Position numbers and translations under genes: made by a program
Notes under the pieces: generated by a model
Database searches by the model: none
What the model saw: the letters and a program-made list of their open reading frames with translations, nothing else
What the model was told of the DNA's origin: nothing
Shown: positions 28,177 through 37,428 of the stretch, in pieces
Layout: each line of letters opens with the position of its first letter
Position numbering within the stretch: the stretch's first letter is position 1
Origin: an uncultured Vampirovibrionales bacterium
Lineage (GTDB): Bacteria; Cyanobacteriota; Vampirovibrionia; Vampirovibrionales; Vampirovibrionaceae
NCBI GenBank assembly: GCA_964387265.1
Contig: CAYLWC010000003.1
Span: forward strand, 43,468-107,467
Direction: 5' to 3'
DNA: 64,000 nucleotides

Positions 28177-30701
28177 CGCGCGGTCTTATTCAGGGCTTTG
28201 CTTGATTTTGCGCTTTGCAAGCCGTCCAGTCCGTAAATTTGAATCGGTTCGCTGAAACCCTTGATGTTGGTTTTTCCCAAATCACGGACTTCGCTCCACT
28301 CCTGAACGCTCAGGTAGGTGTTTTCGCTGATGATAATATCGGCATCGACGTGACGGGTGAGGGTTTCCAGACGAGAGCCCAAGTTGACCGAAGAGCCCAT
28401 GACCGTAAAGTTCTTAATGTCATCGGAGCCAAAGTTGCCAACAAACATGGTGCCTGTACTGATGCCAATCCCATGCTTGAGCTGAGGTTTCCCTTCTTTG
28501 GCCCATTTTTGGTTTAATTCATCAAGCGCCAGTTGCATTTCAAGGGCAGCCCGGCAAGCCATTTCCGCATGGTTGGGCATGGCCGTGGGGGCGCCAAAGA
28601 AGGCCATCAGGGCATCCCCCATGTATTTGTCGTATGTTCCGCCATTTCGAAGTACTGCTTTGGTCATGGCGTTAAAGTACTCGTTGAGCTGCTGTACAAT
28701 CAGCTCAGGCTCGGCGTTTTCAAATTGGGGGGTAAAATTATGAATGTCTGAAAACAAGACCGTAAGTTCTTTTCGGGCCCCGTTCAGGTCGCTCATGGCG
28801 GTATTGGGATTATCCAGAATCTGATCCATAAGCTGGGGAGAAACGTACTTTGAAAAGATATTGGTGAGCAGACGTTTTTCCCGGTCCTGAATGTAATAAC
28901 GGTAGACCAATCCGCCCATTAGAGAAAAGCCAAAAAACAGGGTTGGCCAGATGAGTGGGATCCAGAGCGCTTCCAGATCAAAAATCATAAAGTTATAAAG
29001 CCAGAACAGGATGGCTCCGGCCAGGCCTGCAATCAATCCTAAATACAGCCGTGGGATAAAGACAACGGAATAGACAATAAAGCACGATACGGCTAAGACA
29101 ATGGCAAGCGTGAGCAGAAATGGGGACTTTTGAACAAACTTTTGATCATGTAAAAACATATCCATCACCGTGGCCATGTATTCCGGTCCATAGGTGATGC
29201 TGCCCATAGGGGTTCGGTGAATATCTTTGACCGTTTCTCCATAGATGACGATCTTGCCCTTCAAAGATAACATGCCGCTTTCCGGGACACCGGGAATGCG
29301 ATACAGAGAGGGGGTAAAGTTATTGGGGCTATCCATCTTGACCAGGATATCCTTGACGGAGATAAATCGATATAGATGGCCGTAGCCCAGCTGGCTGTTA
29401 GCCGTATCAGAGCGGATGGATGAGAATTCCTCATAACTCAGGGGGAGTCCCGCCTCTTCAAATTGTTTCTTGACAAGCAGCGCCGGGTTCCGCCAATTGA
29501 CGATGACATTACGACCATCCACCAGGTTGATTTGCCGTTCTCCCAGGTAAAGCGATTGAGGCGTGTATCGAAAAGGCGGGTTCCCTAAAATATCCAGCAC
29601 CGGGCTTATGGGCAACATAGAGAAAAACTGGCCGTTATAGGACTTATAAAAGACCGGGACCTTACGCAAGTAGGCATCCTCGTCATAGTCAATGGAGGAA
29701 ATACCAAAGCCCTTGGCATGTTGGATAAACCGGGTTTCAAGCGGGTTGATCCAGCAATAACTGAAGTTGTTTTCCGCTTCCAGGGTTGGGAGCTCCTGAA
29801 AATAAAATGGAATGGCGCTTCTGCTGATCAGATCCAGATACTTCGGCTGATCGCTATACATGGCTTGATACATTTTCTGAAGGCAGATTTTACCGTAGCC
29901 TTCCACCAGCGGATTATTTTCTGCGCTGAACATGACCTGTTGAGGACTGGAAGGCCGATACAGTAACGTATCTGGAGGCATTTGCGTTCGACACAGGCTG
30001 GACCAGATGTCCCGAAGGTTTCCAGGGCTCAGGGGCATGGTGAATTCCACGATAGAATAGGGCTGCTCCAGGCCCAACGTGTTGTATCCCATCTGGCAAC
30101 CCGGACCCATTTTCTGGAACAGTCTGGCCTGGGTCTTGAGGAAGGGGAAAAAGTATTCGCTGAAGATCGCATGCCGAAAATTGGTAATGACCCTGCCTTG
30201 ATCCGTGGTGTTTTGTTGAGCGAGAAAGTCCTTCATTTTGAGGCTGACCGGACTGGAAAGGTAGATGTTTCCCGCTTGCTGAATCACCTGCTCCAGCGGT
30301 GCGTCATTGTCCTCGCTTTGAGGCCAGGTTAATTCCACGTCCACCGCGATGGCCTTGACGCCTTGATCGGTCAGATACTGGAAAATCCGGGCCAGTTGTT
30401 TTCTGGGAAGGATGCGTCCGGTAATGCCGATTTCCGGGTGTCTGCCCACGTACTCATCTGTGGATTTGTCCAGGGCAACGACTACAATTTGATCGGAGGG
30501 TGTCAGATGGCTGGCGCGGTATCGGATGCGTTGATCCAGCAGCGCCAACTCCATGCGCTCAGCAATGGTTTGAATATTGTTGGAGTTGAGTCCAATGGTC
30601 AGGATGATCAGGCCGATAAAGCCCCATAGAAACAAGGGAAAGAACTTGAAAGCCACCAGGGGCTTTAGCCACTTCCGGCTTAAAAAACGTCGGATCTCCA
30701 T
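28173..30701 (-). CDS. CHASE2 sensor-containing class III adenylate/guanylate cyclase
   Basis: N-terminal TM, periplasmic CHASE2-like region, 3 to 4 TM, then a C-terminal cyclase homology domain (FSDIHNFT...YMGDALMAFFGAP...GIGISTGTMFVGNFGS). Confidence 0.85.
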   Translation of the reverse strand: MEIRRFLSRKWLKPLVAFKFFPLFLWGFIGLIILTIGLNSNNIQTIAERMELALLDQRIRYRASHLTPSDQIVVVALDKSTDEYVGRHPEIGITGRILPRKQLARIFQYLTDQGVKAIAVDVELTWPQSEDNDAPLEQVIQQAGNIYLSSPVSLKMKDFLAQQNTTDQGRVITNFRHAIFSEYFFPFLKTQARLFQKMGPGCQMGYNTLGLEQPYSIVEFTMPLSPGNLRDIWSSLCRTQMPPDTLLYRPSSPQQVMFSAENNPLVEGYGKICLQKMYQAMYSDQPKYLDLISRSAIPFYFQELPTLEAENNFSYCWINPLETRFIQHAKGFGISSIDYDEDAYLRKVPVFYKSYNGQFFSMLPISPVLDILGNPPFRYTPQSLYLGERQINLVDGRNVIVNWRNPALLVKKQFEEAGLPLSYEEFSSIRSDTANSQLGYGHLYRFISVKDILVKMDSPNNFTPSLYRIPGVPESGMLSLKGKIVIYGETVKDIHRTPMGSITYGPEYMATVMDMFLHDQKFVQKSPFLLTLAIVLAVSCFIVYSVVFIPRLYLGLIAGLAGAILFWLYNFMIFDLEALWIPLIWPTLFFGFSLMGGLVYRYYIQDREKRLLTNIFSKYVSPQLMDQILDNPNTAMSDLNGARKELTVLFSDIHNFTPQFENAEPELIVQQLNEYFNAMTKAVLRNGGTYDKYMGDALMAFFGAPTAMPNHAEMACRAALEMQLALDELNQKWAKEGKPQLKHGIGISTGTMFVGNFGSDDIKNFTVMGSSVNLGSRLETLTRHVDADIIISENTYLSVQEWSEVRDLGKTNIKGFSEPIQIYGLDGLQSAKSSKALNKTAR

Positions 30702-30757
30702 AATCCCTATTGTAAAGGAGCGTTGGAAAAAGGGGCTCCGTGATTTAACGGAGTTCT

Positions 30758-31672
30758 TTATTTCAACTGCTCAATACTACCGGCGGTTTCGTTGGTGATT
30801 TTGGGCACTTCTGGGGTGTTGATGGTTTGATCCGGTGGAGAGCCTGCGTAGTTGACGTAGCCGCCCCCGTTAGTAATATTGTGGTCAAAGGATAGGTAGC
30901 GATCCGCGCTCATTTTACTGATAAGGCCAGAGTAAATGTCGACATTATCCTTTAAAGACTGGTATTTGGCGCTGTCTGTGGTTTGCATGCCAGAAAGAGT
31001 GGCTTCAAACTCATTATAGGCGCTGGCCAGGTTGTTGGTTAGTGTGCGCAAAGCTTCGGTATCGTTAATGGCTATTTTTTTGCCATTGGCGTCGCGAAGT
31101 ACATTGCCGTATTCATCGGTGACGGTCTTCCACCAGCTGTTTTCTATTTCCAGCCTGTTTTCCTCTTCCGCAATGCTTCGGCCAATATCGGCCATCTGCT
31201 GGAGCATGGCGCTTAATTGAGGATCCAGTATCTCGCCATTGGCTTTTTCCCATTGTTCAATCAGGCGTTCCATGCTGCCCGCCAAGTATCGGGAGGTTTC
31301 GCTAATATCCCCCTGCACGCCTGCGGTCGCTGTCTCGCCCAACGAACTGGCGCCCATGGCACCGTATCCATCGGGGAAGGTGATTAAGGCTTGGCCGTTG
31401 GCGTCAATATAAATTTTGCTGGTGTTAATGATTCGTCCGGTTTCCGGGTTATATTGTGCATTGCTGGGAGAACCAGATAGTTTCCCTGTGGTTGGCCCGG
31501 CAACCAACGCTTTTCCCGGTAGACTGTTGGCGCCGGGAATGGTGTTCCCGAAGTTGGTGTTCAGTGTGTTCCCAAGGAGAAGAATTGCAGGAATAGCCGC
31601 CAATATGATAAGCGCGCCTACCAGTCCATATTCACCCAAACTTTGGCCATGGTGATATTGTTTATGAAACAT
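30758..31672 (-). CDS. Flp/Tad-type class III prepilin-leader protein with large C-terminal domain (paralog A)
   Basis: Start trimmed to MFHK at 31672 (AAGGA RBS). Leader HHG/QSLGEYGLVGALIILAAIP fits G/xxxxEY. About 300 aa Thr/Ser/Asn-rich domain. Conserved AYNEFEATLSGM and YSGLIS blocks shared with B and C. Confidence 0.6.
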   Translation of the reverse strand: MFHKQYHHGQSLGEYGLVGALIILAAIPAILLLGNTLNTNFGNTIPGANSLPGKALVAGPTTGKLSGSPSNAQYNPETGRIINTSKIYIDANGQALITFPDGYGAMGASSLGETATAGVQGDISETSRYLAGSMERLIEQWEKANGEILDPQLSAMLQQMADIGRSIAEEENRLEIENSWWKTVTDEYGNVLRDANGKKIAINDTEALRTLTNNLASAYNEFEATLSGMQTTDSAKYQSLKDNVDIYSGLISKMSADRYLSFDHNITNGGGYVNYAGSPPDQTINTPEVPKITNETAGSIEQLK

Positions 31673-31709
31673 AGGGTGGGTTCCTTTTTGTAGAGCTTTA
31701 CTTGGCGTT

Positions 31710-32630
31710 TTACCTGGAGCGGGTTCGATTTGCGCGATTTCCGGCTTTAGTGAATTGCTCCGCCGATGTTCCGATCCGATCAGAAGAGTGTCGGGTAACT
31801 TGTACTGCCTGCTCAGAGAGTTGGCTGACATTGGCAGGCTTGTAACCGACGAGGGCGCTTGATACCCCTGCTTCTGAATGATGGAAAGACATGTATTTAT
31901 GATAAGACACGTTGGAAATGACGCCTGAGTAGCCATATACAACTTCCTTAACCTCTGAGGGCGCATTGGGCATGCTGTATAGTTGGCTCATTACGTTATT
32001 GTAGGTTTCTGCGAAGCTTTTGGTTCTATTGACCAGGCCGTCTTTGCTGTTGAGTCGATTACCAAAGGAGGATGAATTAATACCGACATTTTGCATGTAG
32101 TTGTCCAGATAGGCTTCTTCCTTGGCAATGGCATGGCCCTTGTCATGGAGTTCTTTAATCATACCCACCACCCCAGGATCCAGTGGGTTTCCGTTCTCAT
32201 CTGTAAATTCTTCGACAAAGGTTAGCATTTGATTGGCCAGATCACTGCTGACTTCATCACCGCGGCTCCCGGCGGTGCTTTCCTCATGACCACCGCTGTT
32301 TAAGGAACTGGCATTGGGATAGGTCAACGTTTGGGTTGCAGGATCGTAGTATCCCCCGAATTTACCTGTCAGGTTACTGGTATCGGGTCCCGTGTTGTTA
32401 AGCGTCAATGGGTTTTCTTTGGTATAGCGAAGAGATCCCGCCGTTGGAGCGTTGCTTACCGCAACAGTTGAGCCTGATTTTCCGGTAGTTAGTATGCCAG
32501 CAATCGTGCCGCTGATTGTGCCGCCAAATCCGAATAGAACGGGTACGGCCAGTAATGCGACCAGGGCTCCGATGACAATATACTCATTAACCCCTTGTCC
32601 AGAGGAAAAAAGCGGCTTGTTCTTCTTCAT
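31710..32630 (-). CDS. Flp/Tad-type class III prepilin-leader protein with large C-terminal domain (paralog B)
   Basis: MKKNKPLFSSG/QGVNEYIVIGALVALLAVPV leader. TYNNVMSQLYSM and YSGVIS blocks. Confidence 0.6.
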   Translation of the reverse strand: MKKNKPLFSSGQGVNEYIVIGALVALLAVPVLFGFGGTISGTIAGILTTGKSGSTVAVSNAPTAGSLRYTKENPLTLNNTGPDTSNLTGKFGGYYDPATQTLTYPNASSLNSGGHEESTAGSRGDEVSSDLANQMLTFVEEFTDENGNPLDPGVVGMIKELHDKGHAIAKEEAYLDNYMQNVGINSSSFGNRLNSKDGLVNRTKSFAETYNNVMSQLYSMPNAPSEVKEVVYGYSGVISNVSYHKYMSFHHSEAGVSSALVGYKPANVSQLSEQAVQVTRHSSDRIGTSAEQFTKAGNRANRTRSR

Positions 32631-32732
32631 GGCTTGCTGTGCTTCCTTTATCTCAATCCAACTCTAATTAGTCTCTCATGAGGCTTTATTAATGGAATGA
32701 TTGTATCTGCAGTTTAGGCTTGTTGTTACTGC

Positions 32733-33551
32733 TTAACGTTTAACGTGTCGGACGACATCGGCTGTCTGTTCAAGACCTTCGGCAGCCTGACGGGTCATTT
32801 TGGTAACATCTCGATAATTCTTGACGTTTTGGAACTTTTCAACAGAGGGTGGGTTGCCGACGACTGGGACTTTGACCTTGTCAACGCTGTAAATGATTGC
32901 AGAGTTAACGGTTGTAATTACCCCTGAATAGTCGTCAATGGTTGATTTTAATTCGTCATAGTGCTGACCATTTGCGGTTTTGCTGAGTTGGGAAAGTTGT
33001 GAAGAAAGCTCATCGTAAGACGACTTGTAGTCCTTGCCCAGTTCAACCAATGTTTTGGTATCGTTGATGCTTCCGTCACTGCTCAATTTATCGTCCTGCA
33101 TGCGGCCGATTTCATGACCCCGCTCAGCTAAGGTATCAATTTTCTGAGCAAGATCCGGGGGAAGCGGTTCCCCTGTTTTTTCTTCCCAATCGCGGGCAAT
33201 GTTTTGTAACCGGGTGGCCAGTTCCTGGGTAACCCCGGATTCACCGGCGGTTTCGGTTTCACCATTGAAGCCGCTATAGGTGTAGGTCCCATCCGGGTTG
33301 TAAATCACTTTCCCCGCTTTGCCTGCGGTCATGCTCATCTTTTGGAAATAGGCTGCCCTTTCCGCAACGCCCGCTGGCAGGTTTGCTGCAGCGGCAGTAC
33401 TGTTCGTTTTCGAGAACATTTGGCTCATCTTGATGTTGATTTTTCCTCCAAGCAAGCCATACAGTGGGATTGCCGCAAGTAGCACGAGCGCACCCACAAC
33501 AATATATTCATTCAAACTTTGTCCTGATGTTTTTGAAATGGTCTGCATCAT
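32733..33551 (-). CDS. Flp/Tad-type class III prepilin-leader protein with large C-terminal domain (paralog C)
   Basis: MMQTISKTSG/QSLNEYIVVGALVLLAAIP leader. SYDELSSQLSQL and YSGVIT blocks. ORF trimmed to the internal Met. Confidence 0.6.
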   Translation of the reverse strand: MMQTISKTSGQSLNEYIVVGALVLLAAIPLYGLLGGKINIKMSQMFSKTNSTAAAANLPAGVAERAAYFQKMSMTAGKAGKVIYNPDGTYTYSGFNGETETAGESGVTQELATRLQNIARDWEEKTGEPLPPDLAQKIDTLAERGHEIGRMQDDKLSSDGSINDTKTLVELGKDYKSSYDELSSQLSQLSKTANGQHYDELKSTIDDYSGVITTVNSAIIYSVDKVKVPVVGNPPSVEKFQNVKNYRDVTKMTRQAAEGLEQTADVVRHVKR

Positions 33552-33756
33552 GATGTTTGTTTCTCTTCTTTTCCTATTACGCATGGTTTCGGCGGTTTAT
33601 TTATTTCGCTGAAGGATATCCGGGCTCTTTTGTTACAAATCAGTAACATTTAGGTAAAATGGGATCAAAAAAATAGGCCCATGCCCTGTTATGGTCGAGA
33701 CAAGCGCCTATTTTTTCCACTGAGCGATCTTATGGGATCAAAATAGAATGCAAAAG

Positions 33757-34350
33757 TTATTCCGGCTTGGTGGGTTTATCGTGACCTTTTAACTGAAGAC
33801 CGCTGTTCGTTTCTGCAATGCCCTGTTCCAGAAAATCCACTGGTGGTTTGTATGGGGTCCCTCGCAGTACCCGTTGCTGGATTTCATAACGGACCCTGGC
33901 TAGAAATTCCTCAACGTCCCGAGTTCCTCTGGAAATATAGAGCGTTGTAATTTCGGCCACATCTTCAATAGAGGGATCAGATTGAAACTGATAGCAGGAT
34001 TTAAGGTATTCCTGGATATAACTTACCAGCGACACGATGTGATCGGCCATAGAATCCTGGTTTTCTTCAGACAAAATATACAGGTAATTCATTGCTTTAT
34101 GAAGCTGTGGATTTTTGTCGTATTCCCTGCGCTTGTTTTTTGACTTGTGCAATCCCAATACCTTGTCAGCTCCCAGGGTTTTAAAGGAGTTGACCTTTTC
34201 ATTAACACAAAACTCCTTGTTAGCCAGGATCATAATACCCTCGCTCAAGATGGACTGAATTTCATCCGGCAGGATGATCATCAGTTTGACAGATTGGGAG
34301 AGTTTGGGATGCCGATCATACCAGCGTTTGGGGGGGACAAAGTTATTCAT
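33757..34350 (-). CDS. Hypothetical protein
   Basis: 197 aa, no TM and no recognisable domain. Upstream of the Flp-like cluster on the same strand. Confidence 0.5.
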   Translation of the reverse strand: MNNFVPPKRWYDRHPKLSQSVKLMIILPDEIQSILSEGIMILANKEFCVNEKVNSFKTLGADKVLGLHKSKNKRREYDKNPQLHKAMNYLYILSEENQDSMADHIVSLVSYIQEYLKSCYQFQSDPSIEDVAEITTLYISRGTRDVEEFLARVRYEIQQRVLRGTPYKPPVDFLEQGIAETNSGLQLKGHDKPTKPE

Positions 34351-34452
34351 TCAGCTAAAACCACCAGGCAAGGATTATACACCCATTGTACTCTACAATT
34401 TAGGACGTGAATCATTCAGATTGATGAGCTTTTCACTGGGATAAGTGCTTGA

Positions 34453-35256
34453 CTAAGCGTCCTGAATGTAAGCCTGCATGGTGCTAAGCGCATGCTCAGC
34501 CCGTTGGAGCTCCCGCCCGAGGTAAGCCGCATGATCCAGCCTGGAGATAATCCCTTGTTCAATGGCGGGAAAGTATAATTCGGCGGCGCGCTTGCCTTCG
34601 ATGATGGTTCCAAGAACGCCTTTATTATTATAGTGCTCCAGTATAATCCGGCTTCGGACGTGATCCACGTAGATAACAAAATACCCGCAGGGATCCAGCA
34701 CAATATGATCAGGCGCCTCTCCCTGAATGGGTTCGACCTGTTGGCTTGGGAGAAAGGCTTCTGCTGGGCCAGGCGCCTCAGCGCGACATTGACGGACTCG
34801 CTCCAGAACCTTTTCCACTTCATTGCACCCAACCATGTCGATCACGTCAACGTACTCCCGGAAATGGGCAATAGCCTCACTGGAAAGATTTTTAATAATG
34901 GGACGCTTCCCCTTGGCGCCGATAATTCGCCCGCTGGTATCAATGCCGTTTTTGGCCAAGGCCAGAAAAGATTGTCCCGGTAAGTGACCAATGGCCTGTT
35001 GTCCGTCCGTGCCGCAAAGCAAGATGAACCGGATGCTGGGGTTACTGAGGGCGTAACTGATAATTTGCTCAATCCCCAGGTTTTCTGTGTGCAATGACCC
35101 CACAACCACGCCCTGGAGTTCCTCTTCCTTCATCAGCTGATCCCGGAGCTCGTCATTGGTTAGTGTGCAGATGGCTAATGGTTGTGTATCCTGGGCCAAA
35201 TCGCCCAGAAACGACAGTTGGCGCTCATGGTGAGAGGGGGAGATGGGGTCAGACAT
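34453..35256 (-). CDS. MtrA-like (tetrahydromethanopterin S-methyltransferase subunit A homolog, corrinoid-binding) plus DUF4346 protein
   Basis: Recalled methanogen MtrA is collinear with TENLGIEQIISYALSNPSIRFILLCGTDGQQAIGHL...RIIGAKG (from memory: [36 protein letters not shown]...RIAGALG). A conserved His sits at the cobamide-ligand position. C-terminal DPCGYFVIYVD matches DUF4346. Confidence 0.55.
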   Translation of the reverse strand: MSDPISPSHHERQLSFLGDLAQDTQPLAICTLTNDELRDQLMKEEELQGVVVGSLHTENLGIEQIISYALSNPSIRFILLCGTDGQQAIGHLPGQSFLALAKNGIDTSGRIIGAKGKRPIIKNLSSEAIAHFREYVDVIDMVGCNEVEKVLERVRQCRAEAPGPAEAFLPSQQVEPIQGEAPDHIVLDPCGYFVIYVDHVRSRIILEHYNNKGVLGTIIEGKRAAELYFPAIEQGIISRLDHAAYLGRELQRAEHALSTMQAYIQDA

Positions 35257-35326
35257 TTAAAAAATCCTTTCTTACAGGGGTATCATACCGAAAGGAAGCT
35301 GTTTAGACCAGTGCCGCGTCATCAGA

Positions 35327-37360
35327 TTACGGGGTGACTGAAGGGGTGTTTTTCAGAGTGTGCCGATAATGCTCCAGCTTCCTCACCAAATCGGGATGGT
35401 GTTGAAGCACATCCGGCCTCTTGGCCTTCAAGGCGGTTAACAGAACTTCAGGAAGGTTGAGAGCTTCATTTCGGGTTAATTTTTCAAAGTAGTCCTGTTC
35501 AAACGTGTTGGATAGACGGAGTGACCAGTTTTGATCGCCGCCTGTTCCCGGCTTGTTGTATGTTTCCCGAATCCCGAAGAAGTCCGGGAAAAAGATTTGT
35601 ACGTGTTGGGAGGGGCTGGCAAAGAGTTCAGCCAGCTTTGCGACCAGAAAGCGGTGGGAATCTTGAAGCAGAGACTGTATGAAATTACCACGGGCATTTA
35701 CATCCGGCTCCAGATCTTCGGCTAGGTATTGGGCATGGGTTTGAGCCTGGCCGTTTTGCCATAGCCGATCGATCCAGTTTCTCAGGGGCTCATTATCATG
35801 GGTTCCCGCCATAACCCAATGCTTGGCCGGGACATTTTTTCCCCGATACAAATGATCCGGCTTCTGGGGATCCACAAACTGGGTTACGCGAACTCCGCTT
35901 AAATCCAGCTGTTCCAAGACCGCCTTGACCGGGTTGGTCAGGGTACCCAAGTCCTCACAGATAATGGCGTCTTTATCCAGTCCTTGTGCCTGGGCAGCCG
36001 CGATGACAATGTTCAGCAGATCTCCGTAACGCTGAACCTGCTCCGGGGTAAGGTGCTGGACTCGACGCTCATCATCCGGCCCGACGGCATGATTGAGGTT
36101 GCTCGGGTCAATTTTGCTGAAGGGATGAAGGTCTGGGTGTTCAGGGGACGAGAACAATCTGCCCGCGCCGGATTCCGGTCGGGGAGACTGCCCGGCACGA
36201 TAGACCCAAGGGTCGATAAGACCAATAATATGATCAATTCGCACACCGCCTGGATTTTCCAGAAAGATTTTCTCAAAAAGGGTTTTGAGCAATTCGCCAG
36301 CGGGACCGAGGCTGCCATCCGGCTGAAATAGCTTGGCAGGATCTAACACCGGGAAGCCCCACGCTTGCCCGTCTTGAGAAAAATAATCCGGGGGAGCCCC
36401 TAGCTTATAGCCGTCCAGAAACAACGCCTGGTAGGCCCAAACATCCCGATCGGAAAAGGCAACCTGACGATCGGCAATAAGATTCATGCCTGTCTGTCGG
36501 GCAAAAGCTTTCATCTCTTCTTTCTGAGCAAAGGCGATAAACTGGCAGAACTCGTAGAAGGCGATATCATCGGCATGTTGTGTCTTGATTTCCTGAATTC
36601 GGGCTTGAGTGGCCTGTTCTTCCTGGGCATTGCTAGGACTGTACAGGCGTTTATCCAGCTCACTGGGCCAGATGGGCCAGTAGTCGTTTTGGTGGTGAAT
36701 CGAAAGCGCCTCATACAGGCTATCCCGTTCCAGCCAGGCTTGGTTTTTCAGCCGGAACGCCTGGAAGTCGCGCTCCAGTTTATTAAGTGCGTCCACGTCC
36801 GTTTGGGGTAAGCGTTGCAAGTTCTGGCGCTTTTGCTGATAGGTCTGGAAGGATTCTCGTAACGCCCGTTCCTGCGCTCGGTAGATATAGCCGTAAGCGG
36901 TCCGAGGCTTACCGGCGTGGGGTGGCTGTTGGGGGGTATTGCGGACAATGTCATCCAGGGTCTGGGTACTTAAAATCCCAGCCCATTTGGGGTCATTCGC
37001 CAACATGGCCAGATCCACAAACAGAGGGTTGTTGGAAAAGGAGGTGCTAGTATAGGGGGAAGCGTCAATGGCCTTGGTTTTTCCTCCTGGACCTAGCTGA
37101 ACACTGTTAAATCCCATGGTTTTCAGAAAGTTAAACAGGCGTTTGGCCCCCTTTGAATTGGGGGAACCGATGCCGGTGTCTTCCCCCGGCTCTGACGGGA
37201 AGCTGGCCCCATGGATGATCATGGCCAGGTTCTTTTTACCCAGCAGACTTAAGGTGTCCTCAATGGTTTTTTGATACTCGCTCAGCTCGTTGGGTTGTAA
37301 GGCCCGGCCGAATTTTGCTTCGGGGGAGGTGGCTGAAATAGAGCTTGGGGTCGATGACAT
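35327..37360 (-). CDS. malQ: 4-alpha-glucanotransferase (amylomaltase, GH77)
   Basis: IHGASFPS...GIGSP N-terminal signature and GH77 catalytic blocks. Start placed at ATG 37360 with a CAGGAGCC RBS. Confidence 0.85.
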   Translation of the reverse strand: MSSTPSSISATSPEAKFGRALQPNELSEYQKTIEDTLSLLGKKNLAMIIHGASFPSEPGEDTGIGSPNSKGAKRLFNFLKTMGFNSVQLGPGGKTKAIDASPYTSTSFSNNPLFVDLAMLANDPKWAGILSTQTLDDIVRNTPQQPPHAGKPRTAYGYIYRAQERALRESFQTYQQKRQNLQRLPQTDVDALNKLERDFQAFRLKNQAWLERDSLYEALSIHHQNDYWPIWPSELDKRLYSPSNAQEEQATQARIQEIKTQHADDIAFYEFCQFIAFAQKEEMKAFARQTGMNLIADRQVAFSDRDVWAYQALFLDGYKLGAPPDYFSQDGQAWGFPVLDPAKLFQPDGSLGPAGELLKTLFEKIFLENPGGVRIDHIIGLIDPWVYRAGQSPRPESGAGRLFSSPEHPDLHPFSKIDPSNLNHAVGPDDERRVQHLTPEQVQRYGDLLNIVIAAAQAQGLDKDAIICEDLGTLTNPVKAVLEQLDLSGVRVTQFVDPQKPDHLYRGKNVPAKHWVMAGTHDNEPLRNWIDRLWQNGQAQTHAQYLAEDLEPDVNARGNFIQSLLQDSHRFLVAKLAELFASPSQHVQIFFPDFFGIRETYNKPGTGGDQNWSLRLSNTFEQDYFEKLTRNEALNLPEVLLTALKAKRPDVLQHHPDLVRKLEHYRHTLKNTPSVTP

Positions 37361-37428
37361 GGCAGGGCTCCTGAATATGGGGGGCAACGGTGATGTTAGC
37401 ATTGGTTTAATTTTTCTCTGTAATTACC

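Noticed and set aside
33600-33720. Hairpin AAAAAATAGGC...GCCTATTTTTT between the hypothetical gene and Flp-like paralog C as a terminator
   Set aside because: The 11 bp arms are separated by an about 26 nt loop, which is long for an intrinsic terminator. It is plausibly a weak terminator or protein-binding palindrome but is not confidently callable.
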